From: Eledone cirrhosa
Lineage: Eukaryota
Assembly (NCBI GenBank): GCA_964016885.1
Contig: OZ024755.1
Coordinates: 44,950,001-45,014,000 of the forward strand
Length of the DNA stretch: 64,000 nucleotides
Reading direction: 5' to 3'
Position 1 is the stretch's first letter; the number at the start of each line of letters is the position of its first letter. The notes beneath the pieces are model-generated. The model saw nothing but the letters and a program-made list of their open reading frames with translations. It searched no databases and was not told the DNA's origin. Below, one piece after another: positions 1 to 14,830 of this stretch. Both the position numbers and the translations under genes were made by a program.

Positions 1-389
1 TACCACAGTTGACAGTACCAACATATACTGTGTACCACAGTTGACAGTACCAACATATACTGTGTACCACAGTTGACAGTACCAACATATACCGTGTACC
101 ACATTTGACAGTACAAACATATACTGTGTACCACAGTTGACAGTACCAACATATACCGTAGTACCACATTTGAGAGTACCAACATATACTGTGTACCACA
201 GTTGACAGTACCAACATATACTGTGTACCACTGTTGACAGTACCAACGTATATTGTGTACCACAGTTAACAGTACCAACATATAATGTGTACCACAGTTG
301 ACAGTACCAACGTATACTGTGTATCACTGTTGACAGTACCAACATATAGTGTGTACCACAGATGACAGTACCAACGGATACTGTGTACC

Positions 390-3345
390 ACATTTGACAG
401 TACCAACATATACTGTGTACCACAGCTGGCAGTACCAACATATACTGTATACCACAGTTGACAGTACCCACATATACTGGATACCACAGTTGACAATACC
501 ATCAAATACTGTGTACGACAGTTGACAATACCAACATAAACTGTGTACCACAGTTGGCAGTACCTACATATATTGTGTACCACAGATGAAAGTACCAACG
601 TATACTGTGTACCACAGTTGACAGTACCAACATATACTGTGTACCACAGTTGACAGTACCAACATATACTGTGTACCAGAGTTGACAGTACCAACGTATA
701 CTGTGTACCACAGTTGACAGTACCAACATATACTGTGTACCACAGTTGACAGTACCAACATATACTGTGTACCACAGTTGGCAGTACCAACATATACTGT
801 GTACCACATTTGACGGTACCAACATATACTGTGTACCACAGTTGACAGTACCAACATATATTGTGTACCACAGTTGACAGTACCAACATATATTTGGTGC
901 CACTGTTCACAGTACCAACATATACTGTTTACCACAGTTGACAGTACAAACATATACTGTGTACCAGAGTTGACAGTACCAACATATACTGTGTACCAGA
1001 GTTGACAGTACTAACATATACTGTGTACCAGAGTTGACAGTACCAATATATACTGTGTACCACAGTTGACAGCACCAACATGTACTGTGTACCACAGTTG
1101 ACAATACAAACGTATTCTGTGTACCACAGTTGACAGTACCAACATATACTGTGTACCACTGTTGACAGTACTAAAGTATACTGTGTACCACAGTTCAGAG
1201 TACCAACATATACTGTGTATCACATTTGACAGTACCAACGTATACTGTGTACCACAGTTGACAGTACCAACATATACTGTGTACCACAGTTGACAGTACC
1301 AACATATACTGTGTACCATAGTTGACAGTACCAACGTATACTGTGTACCGCAGTTGACAGTACCAACATATACTGTGTACCATATATAACAGTACCAACG
1401 TATACTGTGTACCACAGTTGAGAGTTCTAATATATTCTGTGTACCACAGTTGACAGTACCAACATATACTGTGTACCACAGTTGACAGTACTAACATGTA
1501 CTGTGTACCACAGGTGACAATATCCACGTATATGTGTACCACAGTTGACAGTATCAACGTAATGTGTACCACATATTGACAGTACCAACAAATACTGTGT
1601 ACCACAGCTGACAGTACCAACGTATACTGTGTACCACATTTGACAGTACCAACGTATACTGTGTACCACAGTTGACAGTACCAACATATACTGTGTACCA
1701 CAGTTGACAGTACCAACGTATACTGTGTACCACATTTGACAGTACCAACATATACTGTGTACCACAGCTGGCAGTACCAACATATACTGTATACCACAGT
1801 TGACAGTACCCACATATACTGGATACCACAGTTGACAATACCATCATATACTGTGTACGACAGTTGACAATACCAACATAAACTGTGTACCACAGTTGGC
1901 AGTACCTACATATATTGTGTACCACAGATGAAAGTACCAACGTATACTGTGTACCACAGTTGACAGTACCAACATATACTGTGTACCACAGTTGACAGTA
2001 CCAACATATACTGTGTACCAGAGTTGACAGTACCAACGTATACTGTGTACCACAGTTGACAGTACCAACATATACTGTGTACCACAGTTGACAATACCAT
2101 CATATACTGTGTACGACAGTTGACAATACCAACATAAACTGTGTACCACAGTTGGCAGTACCTACATATATTGTGTACCACAGATGAAAGTACCAACGTA
2201 TACTGTGTACCACAGTTGACAGTACCAACATATACTGTGTACCACAGTTGACAGTACCAACATATACTGTGTACCAGAGTTGACAGTACCAACGTATACT
2301 GTGTACCACAGTTGACAGTACCAACATATACTGTGTACCACAGTTGACAGTACCAACATATACTGTGTACCACAGTTGGCAGTACCAACATATACTGTGT
2401 ACCACATTTGACAGTACCAACATATACTGTGTACCACAGTTGACAGTACCAACATATATTGTGTACCACAGTTGACAGTACCAACATATATTTGGTGCCA
2501 CTGTTCACAGTACCAACATATACTGTTTACCACAGTTGACAGTACAAACATATACTGTGTACCAGAGTTGACAGAACCAACATATACTGTGTACCAGAGT
2601 TGACAGTACTAACATATACTGTGTACCAGAGTTGACAGTACCAATATATACTGTGTACCACAGTTGACAGCACCAACATGTACTGTGTACCACAGTTGAC
2701 AATACAAACGTATTCTGTGTACCACAGTTGACAGTACCAACATATACTGTGTACCACTGTTGACAGTACTAAAGTATACTGTGTACCACAGTTCAGAGTA
2801 CCAACATATACTGTGTATCACATTTGACAGTACCAACGTATACTGTGTACCACAGTTGACAGTACCAACATATACTGTGTACCACAGTTGACAGTACCAA
2901 CATATACTGTGTACCATAGTTGACAGTACCAACGTATACTGTGTACCGCAGTTGACAGTACCAACATATACTGTGTACCATATATAACAGTACCAACGTA
3001 TACTGTGTACCACAGTTGAGAGTACTAATATATTCTGTGTACCACAGTTGACAGTACCAACATATACTGTGTACCACAGTTGACAGTACTAACATGTACT
3101 GTGTACCACAGGTGACAATATCCACGTATATGTGTACCACAGTTGACAGTATCAACGTAATGTGTACCACATATTGACAGTACCAACAAATACTGTGTAC
3201 CACAGCTGACAGTACCAACGTATACTGTGTACCACATTTGACAGTACCAACGTATACTGTGTACCACAGTTGACAGTACCAACATATACTGTGTACCACA
3301 GTTGACAGTACCAACGTATACTGTGTACCACATTTGACAGTACCA
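390..3345 (+). repeat. Tandem duplication of a ~1.34 kb block; the second copy carries an extra 256-bp (8-monomer) internal duplication
   Basis: Diagnostic variant CAGCTGGC recurs at an offset of 1342 (C at 426 and 1768). ORF pairs 907..1104/2505..2702 and 1011..1415/2609..3013 are offset by 1598 (1342+256). ORF left ends 1844/2100 and 1906/2162 are offset by 256. Confidence 0.9.
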
Positions 3346-3989
3346 ACGTATACTGTGTACCACAGTTGACAGTACCAACGTATACTGTGTACCACATTTG
3401 ACAGTACCCACGTATACTGTGTACCACAGTTGACAGTACCAACATATACTCTGTACCAGAGTTGAGAGTACCAACATATACTGTGTACCTCAGTTGACAG
3501 TATCAACATATACTGTGTACCACAGTTGACAGTACCAACATATACTGTGTACCACAGTTGACAGTACCAACATATTCTGTGTTCCACATTTGACAGTACC
3601 AACATATACTGTGTACCACAGTTGACAGTACCAACATATACTGTGTACCATAATTGACAGTACTAACATATACTGTGTACCACAGTTGAAAGTACCAACA
3701 TATAATGTGTACCATAGTTGACAGTACCAACATATACTGTGAACCTTAGCCGACAGTATCAACATATACTGTGTACCACAGTTGAGAGTACCAACATATA
3801 CTGTATATCACAGTTGACAGTACCAACATATACCGTGTACCACAGTTGAGAGTACCAACATATACGGTGTACCACAATTGACAGTACCAACATATACTGT
3901 GTACCACTGTTGACAGTACCAACGTATACTGTGTACCACAGTTAACAGTACCAACATATACTGTGTACCACAGTTGACAGTACCAACGT

Positions 3990-6900
3990 ATACTGTGTAC
4001 CAGAGTTGACACTACCAACATATACTGTGTACCACCGTTGACAGTACCAACATATACTGTGTATCACAGTTGACAGTACCAACATATACCGTGTTACCAC
4101 AATTGAGAGTACCAACATATACTGTGTACCACAGTTGACAGTACCAACATATAATGTGTACCACTGTTGACAGTACCAACGTATACTGTGTACCACATTT
4201 AACAGTACCAACATATATTGTGTATCACAGTTATCAGTACCGACGTACACTGTGTACCACTGTTGACAGTACCAACGTATACTGCGTACCACAGTTGACA
4301 GTACCAACATATACTGTGTACCACAGTTGACAGTACCAACATATACTGTGTACCACAGTTGACAGTACCAACATATCCTGTGTACCTCAGTTGACAGTAC
4401 CAACATATACTGTGTACCACAGTTGACAGTACCAACATATACTATGTACCACAGTTGACAGTACCAACGTATACTGTGTACCACAGTTGACAGTACCAAC
4501 ATATACTGTGTCCCACAGTTGACAGTACCAACATATACTGTGTACCACAGTTGACAGTACCAACATATACTGTGTAGCACAGTTGACAGTACCCACATAT
4601 ACTGGGTACCACAGTTGACAGAACCCACGTATACTGTGTACCACAGTTGACAGTACCAACATATACAGTGTACCACAGTTGACAGTACCAACATATACTG
4701 TGTACTATAGTTGACAGTACCAACGTATACTGTGTACCACAGTTGACAGTACCCACATATACTGGGTACCACAGTTGACAATACCATCATAAACTGTGTA
4801 CCACAGTAGACACTACCAATATAAACTGTGTACCACAGTTGACAGTACCAATATATACTGTGTACCACAGTTGGCAGTACCAACATATACTGTGTACCAC
4901 AGTTGGCAGTACCAACATATACTGTGTACCACAGTTGACAGAACCAACATATACTGTGTACCACAGTTGACAGTACCAACATATACTGGTTGCCACTATT
5001 CACAGTACCAACATATACGGTGTACCACAGTTGACAATACCAACATATACTGTGTACCACATTTGACAGTACTAACGTATAATGTGTACCGCAGTTGGAT
5101 GTACCAACGTATACTGTGTACCAGAGTTGACAGTACCAACATATTCTGTGTACCACAGTTGACAGTACCAACATATACTGTGTACTACAGTTGACAGTAC
5201 CCACATATACTGGGTACCACAGTTGACAATACCATCATATACTGTGTACCACAGTTGACACTACCAACATAAACTGTGTACCACAGTTGGCAGTACCAAT
5301 ATATACTGTGTACTACAGTTGAAAGTACCAACGTATACTGTGTACCACAGTTGACAGTACCAACATATAATGTGTACCACAGTTGAGAGTACCAACATAT
5401 ACTGTGTACCACAGTTGACAGTACCAACGTATACTGTGTACCACAGTTGACAGTACCAACATATACTGTGTACCACAGTTGACAGTACCAACATATACTG
5501 TGTACCACAGTTGGCAGTACCAACATATACTGTGTACCACATTTGACAGTACCAACATATACAGTGTACCACAGTTGACAGTACCAACATATACTGTGTA
5601 CCACAGTTGACAGTACCAACATATACTGTGTACCATAGTTGACAGTACCAATGTATACTGCGTACCACAGTTGACAGTACCAACATATACTGTGTACCAC
5701 AGTTGACACTACCAACGTATACTGTGTACCACAATTGACAGTACCAACATATACAGTGTACCAGAGTTGACAGTACTAATATATAATGTGTACCACAGTT
5801 GACAGTACAAACATATAGTGTGTACCACAGTTGACAGTACTAACATATACTGTGTACCACAGTTGACAGTATCCACGTATATGTGTACCACATATTGACA
5901 GTACCAACGTATACTGTGTACCACAGTTGACAGTACCAACGTATACTGTGTACCACAGTTGACAGTACCAACATATACTGTGTACCACAGTTGACAGTAC
6001 CAACATATACTGTGTACCAAAGTTGACAGTATCAACGTATATGTGTACCACATATTGACAGTACCAACATATACTGTGTACCACAGTTGACAGTACCAAC
6101 GTATACAGTGTACCACAGTTGACACTACCAAAATATACTGTGTACCACCGTTGACAGTACCAACATATACTGTGTATCACAGTTGACAGTACCAACATAT
6201 ACCGTGTTACCACAATTGAGAGTACCAACATACTGTGTACCACAGTTGACAGTACCAACATATAATGTGTACCACTGTTGACAGTACCAACGTATACTGT
6301 GTACCACATTTAACAGTACCAACATATATTGTGTATCACAGTTATCAGTACCGACTTACACTGTGTACCACTGTTGACAGTACCAACGTATACTGCGTAC
6401 CACAGTTGACAGTACCAACATATACTGTGTACCACAGTTGACAGTACCAACATATACTGTGTACCATAGTTGACAGTATCAACGTATATGTGTACCACTG
6501 TTATCAGTACTGACATATGCTTTGTACCACAGTTGACAGTACCAACATATACCGTGTACCACAGTTGACAGTACCAACATATCCTGTGTACCTCAGTTGA
6601 CAGTACCAATATATACTGTGTACCACAGTTGACAGTACCAACATATACTATGTACCACAGTTGACAGTACCAACGTATACTGTGTACCACAGTTGACAGT
6701 ACCAACATATACTGTGTCCCACAGTTGACAGTACCAACATATACTGTGTACCACAGTTGACAGTACCAACATATACTGTGTAGCACAGTTGACAGTACCC
6801 ACATATACTGGGTACCACAGTTGACAGAACCCACGTATACTGTGTACCACAGTTGACAGTACCAACATATACAGTGTACCACAGTTGACAGTACCAACAT

Positions 6901-7450
6901 ATACTGTGTACTACAGTTGACAGTACCAACGTATACTGTGTACCACAGTTGACAGTACCAATATATACTGGGTGCCACTATTCACAGTACCAACATATAC
7001 GGTGTACCACAGTTGACAATACCAACATATACTGTGTACCACATTTGACAGTACTAACGTATAATGTGTACCGCAGTTGGATGTACCAACGTATACTGTG
7101 TACCAGAGTTGACAGTACCAACATATTCTCTGTACCACAGTTGACAGTACCAACATATACTGTGTACCACAGTTGACAGTACCCACATATACTGGGTACC
7201 ACAGTTGACAATACCATCATATACTGTGTACCACAGTTGACACTACCAACATAAACTGTGTACCACAGTTGGCAGTACCAATATATACTGTGTACTACAG
7301 TTGAAAGTACCAACGTATACTGTGTACCACAGTTGACAGTACCAACATATAATGTGTACCACAGTTGAGAGTACCAACATATACTGTGTACCACAGTTGA
7401 CAGTACCAACGAATACTGTGTACCACAGTTGACAGTACCAACGTATACTG
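3990..7450 (+). repeat. Diverged, partially duplicated ~2.0-2.2 kb higher-order block
   Basis: ORFs 4387..4662 and 6593..6868 are near-identical (offset 2206). Left ends 5261/7243 and 5313/7295 are offset by 1982. The rare variant CCGCAGTTGGATGTACC is shared at ~5089 and ~7071. Confidence 0.75.
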
Positions 7451-7699
7451 TGTACCACAGTTGACAGTACCAACAAATACTGTGTACCTCAGTTGAAAGT
7501 ACCAACATATACTGTGTACCTCAGTTGACAGTATAAACATATACTGTGTACCACAGTTGACAGTAACAACATATATTGTGTACCATAGTTGACAGTACTA
7601 ACATATACTGTGTACCACATTTGACAGTACCAACATATAATGTGTACCTCAGTTGACAGTATCAACATATAATGTGTACCACATTTGACAGTAACAACA

Positions 7700-10600
7700 T
7701 ATACTGTGTACCACAGTTTAGAGTACCAACATATACTGTGTATCACAGTTGAGAGTACCTACATATACTGTGTACCACAGTTGACAGTACCAACATATAT
7801 TGTGTACCACGGTTGACAGTACCAACATATAATGGGTGCCACTGTTCACAGTACCAACATATACAGTGTACCACAGTTGACAATACCAACGTATACTGTG
7901 TACCACAGTTGACAGTACCAACATATACTGTGTACCACAGTTGACAGTACCAACGTATACTGTGTAACACAGTTGACAATACCATCATATACTGTGTACC
8001 AGAGTTGACAGTACCAACATATACTGTGTACCAGAGTTGACAGTACCAACATATACTGTGTACCACAGTTGACAGTAGCAACGTATACTGTCTACCACAG
8101 TTGACATTACCAACTTATACTGTGTACCACAGTTGACAGTACTAATATATACTGTGTACCAAAGTTGGGAGTACCAACATATACTGTGTACCACAGTTGA
8201 CAGTACTAACATATACTGTGTACCACAGTTGACAGTATCCACGTATGTGTACCACAGTTGACAGTATCAACGTATATCTGTACAACATATTGACAGTACC
8301 AACATATACTGTGTACCACAGTTGACAGTACCAACGTATACTGTGTACCACAGTTGACAGTACCAACGTATATTGTGTACCACAGTTGACAGTACCAACA
8401 TATACTGTGTACCACAGTTGACAGTACCAATGTATACTGTGTACCACAGTTGACATTACCAAGGTATACTGTGTACCACAGTGGACATTACCAACGTATA
8501 TGTGTACAACATGTTTACAGTACCAACATATACTGTGTACCACAGTTGACAGTACCAACATATACTGTGTACCACAGTTGACAGTACCAACATATACTGT
8601 GTACCACAGTTGACAGTACCAACGTATACTGTGTACCACAGTTGACACTACCAACATGTACTGTGTACCACAGTTGACAGTACCAACATATACTGTGTAC
8701 CACAGTTGGCAGTACCAACATATATTGTGTACCACAGTTGAGAGTACCAACATATACTGTGTACCACAGTTGACAGTACCAACATATATTGTGTACCACA
8801 GTTGACAGTACCAACATATACTGGGTGCCTCTGTTCACAGTACCAACATATACTGTGTACCACAGTTGAGAGTACCAACATATACTGTGTACCACAGTTG
8901 ACAGTACCAACGTATACTGTGTAACACAGTTGACAATACCATCATATAGGGTGTACCACAGTTGACAGTACCAACATATACTGTGTACCACATTTGACAG
9001 TACCATCATATACTGACTACCACAGTTGACAGTACCAACGTATACTGTGTACCAAAGTTGACAGTATCAACGTATACTGTGCTCCACAGTTGACAGTACC
9101 AACATATACTGTTTACCTCAGTTGACAGTACCAACATATAATGTGTACCACTGTTGACAGTACCAACGTATACTGTGTACCACAATTGACAGTACCAACG
9201 TGTACTGTGTACCACAGTTGACAGTAGCAACGTATACTGTGTTCCACAGTTGACAGTACCAACATATACTGTGTACCTCAGTTGACAGTATAAATATATA
9301 CTGTGTACCACAGTTGACAGTACCAACAGATACTGTGTACCATAGTTGACAGTACTAACATATACTGTGTACCACAGTTGACAGTACCAACATATACTGT
9401 TTACCTCAGTTGACAGTATCAACATATACTGTGTACCACATTTGACAGTACCAACATATACTGTGTACGACAGTTGAAAGTACCAACATATACTGTTTAT
9501 CACAGTTGACAGTACCAACATATACTGTGTACCACTGTTGACAGTACCAACGTATACTGTGTACCACAGTTAACAGTACCAACATATACTGTGTACCACA
9601 GTTGACAGTACCAACGTATACTGTGTACCACAGTTGAAAGTAGCAACATATACAGTGTACCACAGTTGACAGAACCAACATATACTGTATACCACAGTTG
9701 ACAGTACCAACATATACTGTGTACCACAGTTAACAGTACTAACGTATACTGTGTACCACAGTTAACAGTACCAACATATACTGTGTACCACAGTTGACAG
9801 TACCAACATATACTGTGTACCATAGTTGACAGTACCAACGTATACTGTGTACCACAGTTGACAGTACCAACATATACTGTGTACCACAGTTTAGAGTACC
9901 AACATATACTGTGTATCACAGTTGACAGTACCAACATATACCGTGTACCACAGTTGAGAGTACCTACATATACTGTGTACCACAGTTGACAGTACCAACA
10001 TATATTGTGTACCACGGTTGACAGTACCAACATATAATGGGTGCCACTGTTCACAGTACCAACATATACAGTGTACCACAGTTGACAATACCAACGTATA
10101 CTGTGTACCACAGTTGACAGTACCAACATATACTGTGTACCACAGTTGACAGTACCAACGTATACTGTGTAACACAGTTGACAATACCATCATATACTGT
10201 GTACCAGAGTTGACACTACCAACATATACTGTGTACCAGAGTTGACAGTACCAACATATACTGTGTACCACAGTTGACAGTAGCAACGTATACTGTCTAC
10301 CACAGTTGACATTACCAACTTATACTGTGTACCACAGTTGACAGTACTAATATATACTGTGTACCAAAGTTGGGAGTACCAACATATACTGTGTACCACA
10401 GTTGACAGTACTAACATATACTGTGTACCACAGTTGACAGTATCCACGTATGTGTACCACAGTTGACAGTATCAACGTATATCTGTACAACATATTGACA
10501 GTACCAACATATACTGTGTACCACAGTTGACAGTACCAACGTATACTGTGTACCACAGTTGACAGTACCAACGTATATTGTGTACCACAGTTGACAGTAC

Positions 10601-13600
10601 CAACATATACTGTGTACCACAGTTGACAGTACCAATGTATACTGTGTACCACAGTTGACATTACCAAGGTATACTGTGTACAACAGTGGACATTACCAAC
10701 GTATATGTGTACAACATATTTACAGTACCAACATATACTGTGTACCACAGTTGACAGTACCAACATATACTGTGTACCACAGTTGACAGTACCAACATAT
10801 ACTGTGTACCACAGTTGACAGTACCAACGTATACTGTGTACCACAGTTGACACTACCAACATATACTGTGTTCCACAGTTGACAGTACCAACATATACTG
10901 TGTACCACAGTTGGCAGTACCAACATATACTGTGTACCACAGTTGAGAGTACCAACATATACTGTGTACCACAGTTGACAGTACCAACATATATTGTGTA
11001 CCACAATTGACAGTACCAACATATACTGGGTGCCACTGTTCACAGTACCAACATATACTGTGTACCACAGTTGAGAGTACCAACATATACTGTGTACCAC
11101 AGTTGACAGTACCAACGTATACTGTGTAACACAGTTGACAATACCATCATATAGGGTGTACCACAGTTGACAGTACCAACATATACTGTGTACCACATTT
11201 GACAGTACCATCATATACTGACTACCACAGTTGACAGTACCAACGTATACTGTGTACCAAAGTTGACAGTATCAACGTATACTGTGTTCCACAGTTGACA
11301 GTACCAACATATACTGTTTACCTCAGTTGACAGTACCAACATATAATGTGTACCACTGTTGACAGTACCAACGTATACTGTGTACCACAATTGACAGTAC
11401 CAACGTATACTGTGTACCACAGTTGACAGTAGCAACGTATACTGTGTTCCACAGTTGACAGTACCAACATATACTGTTTACCTCAGTTGACAGTACCAAC
11501 ATATACTGTGTACCTCAGTTGACAGTATAAATATATACTGTGTACCACAGTTGACAGTACCAACAGATACTGTGTACCATAGTTGACAGTACTAACATAT
11601 ACTGTGTACCACAGTTGACAGTACCAACATATACTGTTTACCTCAGTTGACAGTATCAACATATACTGTGTACCACATTTGACAGTACCAACATATACTG
11701 TGTACGACAGTTGAGAGTACCAACATATACTGTTTATCACAGTTGACAGTACCAACATATACCGTGAAGCACAGTTGAGAGTACCTACATATACTGTGTA
11801 CCACAGTTGACAGTACCAACATATACTGTGTACCACTGTTGACAGTACCAACGTATACTGTGTACCACAGTTAACAGTACCAACATATACTGTGTACCAC
11901 ATTTGACAGTACCAACGTATACTGTGTACCACAGTTGAAAGTAGCAACATATACAGTGTACCACAGTTGACAGAACCAACATATACTGTGTACCACAGTT
12001 GACAGTACCAACATATACTGTGTACCATAGTTGACAGTACTAACGTATACTGTGTACCACAGTTGACAGTACCAACATATACTGTGTACCACAGTTGACA
12101 GTACCAACATATACTGTGTACCATAGTTGACAGTACCAACGTATACTGTGTACCACAGTTGACAGTACCAACATATACCGTCTACCACAGTTGAGAGTAC
12201 CAACATATACTGTGTACCACAGTTGACAGTACCAACATATAATGTGTACCACTGTTGACAGTACCAACGTATACTGTGTACCACATTTAACAGTACCAAC
12301 ATATACTGTGTACCACAGTTATCAGTACCAACGTACACTGTGTACCACTGTTGACAGTACCAACATATACAGTGTACCACAGTTGACAGTACCAACATAT
12401 ACAGTGTACCTCAGTTGACAGTACCAACATATATAGTGTACCATAATTGACAGTACCAACATATACTGTGTACCACAATTGACAGTACCAACGTATACTG
12501 TGTACCACAGTTGACAGTACCAACATATACTGTGTACCACAGTTGACAGTACCAACGTATACTGTGTAACACAGTTGACAATACCATCATATACTGTGTA
12601 CCAGAGTTGACACTACCAACATATACTGTGTACCAGAGTTGACAGTACCAACATATACTGTGTACCACAGTTGACAGTAGCAACGTATACTGTCTACCAC
12701 AGTTGACATTACCAACTTATACTGTGTACCACAGTTGACAGTACTAATATATACTGTGTACCAAAGTTGGGAGTACCAACATATACTGTGTACCACAGTT
12801 GACAGTACTAACATATACTGTGTACCACAGTTGACAGTATCCACGTATGTGTACCACAGTTGACAGTATCAACGTATATCTGTACAACATATTGACAGTA
12901 CCAACATATACTGTGTACCACAGTTGACAGTACCAACGTATACTGTGTACCACAGTTGACAGTACCAACGTATATTGTGTACCACAGTTGACAGTACCAA
13001 CATATACTGTGTACCACAGTTGACAGTACCAATGTATACTGTGTACCACAGTTGACATTACCAAGGTATACTGTGTACAACAGTGGACATTACCAACGTA
13101 TATGTGTACAACATATTTACAGTACCAACATATACTCTGTACCACAGTTGACAGTACCAACATATACTGTGTACCACAGTTGACAGTACCAACATATACT
13201 GTGTACCACAGTTGACAGTACCAACGTATACTGTGTACCACAGTTGACACTACCAACATATACTGTGTACCACAGTTGACAGTACCAACATATACTGTGT
13301 ACCACAGTTGGCAGTACCAACATATACTGTGTACCACAGTTGAGAGTACCAACATATACTGTGTACCACAGTTGACAGTACCAACATATATTGTGTACCA
13401 CAATTGACAGTACCAACATATACTGGGTGCCACTGTTCACAGTACCAACATATACTGTGTACCACAGTTGAGAGTACCAACATATACTGTGTACCACAGT
13501 TGACAGTACCAACGTATACTGTGTAACACAGTTGACAATACCATCATATAGGGTGTACCACAGTTGACAGTACCAACATATACTGTGTACCACATTTGAC

Positions 13601-14830
13601 AGTACCATCATATACTGACTACCACAGTTGACAGTACCAACGTATACTGTGTACCAAAGTTGACAGTATCAACGTATACTGTGTTCCACAGTTGACAGTA
13701 CCAACATATACTGTTTACCTCAGTTGACAGTACCAACATATAATGTGTACCACTGTTGACAGTACCAACGTATACTGTGTACCACAATTGACAGTACCAA
13801 CGTATACTGTGTACCACAGTTGACAGTAGCAACGTATACTGTGTTCCACAGTTGACAGTACCAACATATACTGTTTACCTCAGTTGACAGTACCAACATA
13901 TACTGTGTACCTCAGTTGACAGTATAAATATATACTGTGTACCACAGTTGACAGTACCAACAGATACTGTGTACCATAGTTGACAGTACTAACATATACT
14001 GTGTACCACAGTTGACAGTACCAACATATACTGTTTACCTCAGTTGACAGTATAAATATATACTGTGTACCACAGTTGACAGTACCAACATATACCGTGA
14101 AGCACAGTTGAGAGTACCTACATATACTGTGTACCACAGTTGACAGTACCAACATATACTGTGTACCACTGTTGACAGTACCAACGTATACTGTGTACCA
14201 CAGTTAACAGTACCAACATATACTGTGTACCACAGTTGACAGTACCAACGTATACTGTGTACCACAGTTGAAAGTAGCAACATATACAGTGTACCACAGT
14301 TGACAGAACCAACATATACTGTGTACCACAGTTGACAGTACCAACATATACTGTGTACCATAGTTGACAGTACTAACGTATACTGTGTACCACAGTTGAC
14401 AGTACCAACATATACTGTGTACCACAGTTGACAGTACCAACATATACTGTGTACCATAGTTGACAGTACCAACGTATACTGTGTACCACAGTTGACAGTA
14501 CCAACATATACCGTCTACCACAGTTGAGAGTACCAACATATACTGTGTACCACAGTTGACAGTACCAACATATAATGTGTACCACTGTTGACAGTACCAA
14601 CGTATACTGTGTACCACATTTAACAGTACCAACATATACTGTGTACCACAGTTATCAGTACCAACGTACACTGTGTACCACTGTTGACAGTACCAACATA
14701 TACAGTGTACCACAGTTGACAGTACCAACATATACAGTGTACCTCAGTTGACAGTACCAACATATATAGTGTACCATAATTGACAGTACCAACATATACT
14801 GTGTACCACAATTGACAGTACCAACGTATA
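7700..14830 (+). repeat. About three tandem copies of a 2.2-2.4 kb higher-order repeat (69-75 monomers)
   Basis: Near-identical ORFs 7985..8242 / 10190..10447 / 12587..12844 and 8515..9009 / 10720..11214 / 13117..13611 give offsets of 2205 and 2397. ORFs 11871..12398 / 14204..14731 give 2333. All offsets equal 32n-3. Shared markers are CCAAAGTTGGGAG, CAGTGGACATTACC and TACTGACTACC. Confidence 0.9.

Noticed and set aside
9-29. Bacterial sigma70 promoter: TTGACA followed by TATACT (TATAAT in some variants)
   Set aside because: The spacing is 9 bp (41 bp to the next monomer), not about 17 bp, and there is no gene to drive.
4796-5194. Rare plus-strand ORFs (also 6949..7176, 39538..39765, 40272..40595, 47693..47920, 48427..48750)
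   Set aside because: They arise where successive in-frame TGA codons happen to be mutated (TAGAC, TGGC, TTCAC, TTATC variants), and they still encode only the repeat peptide.
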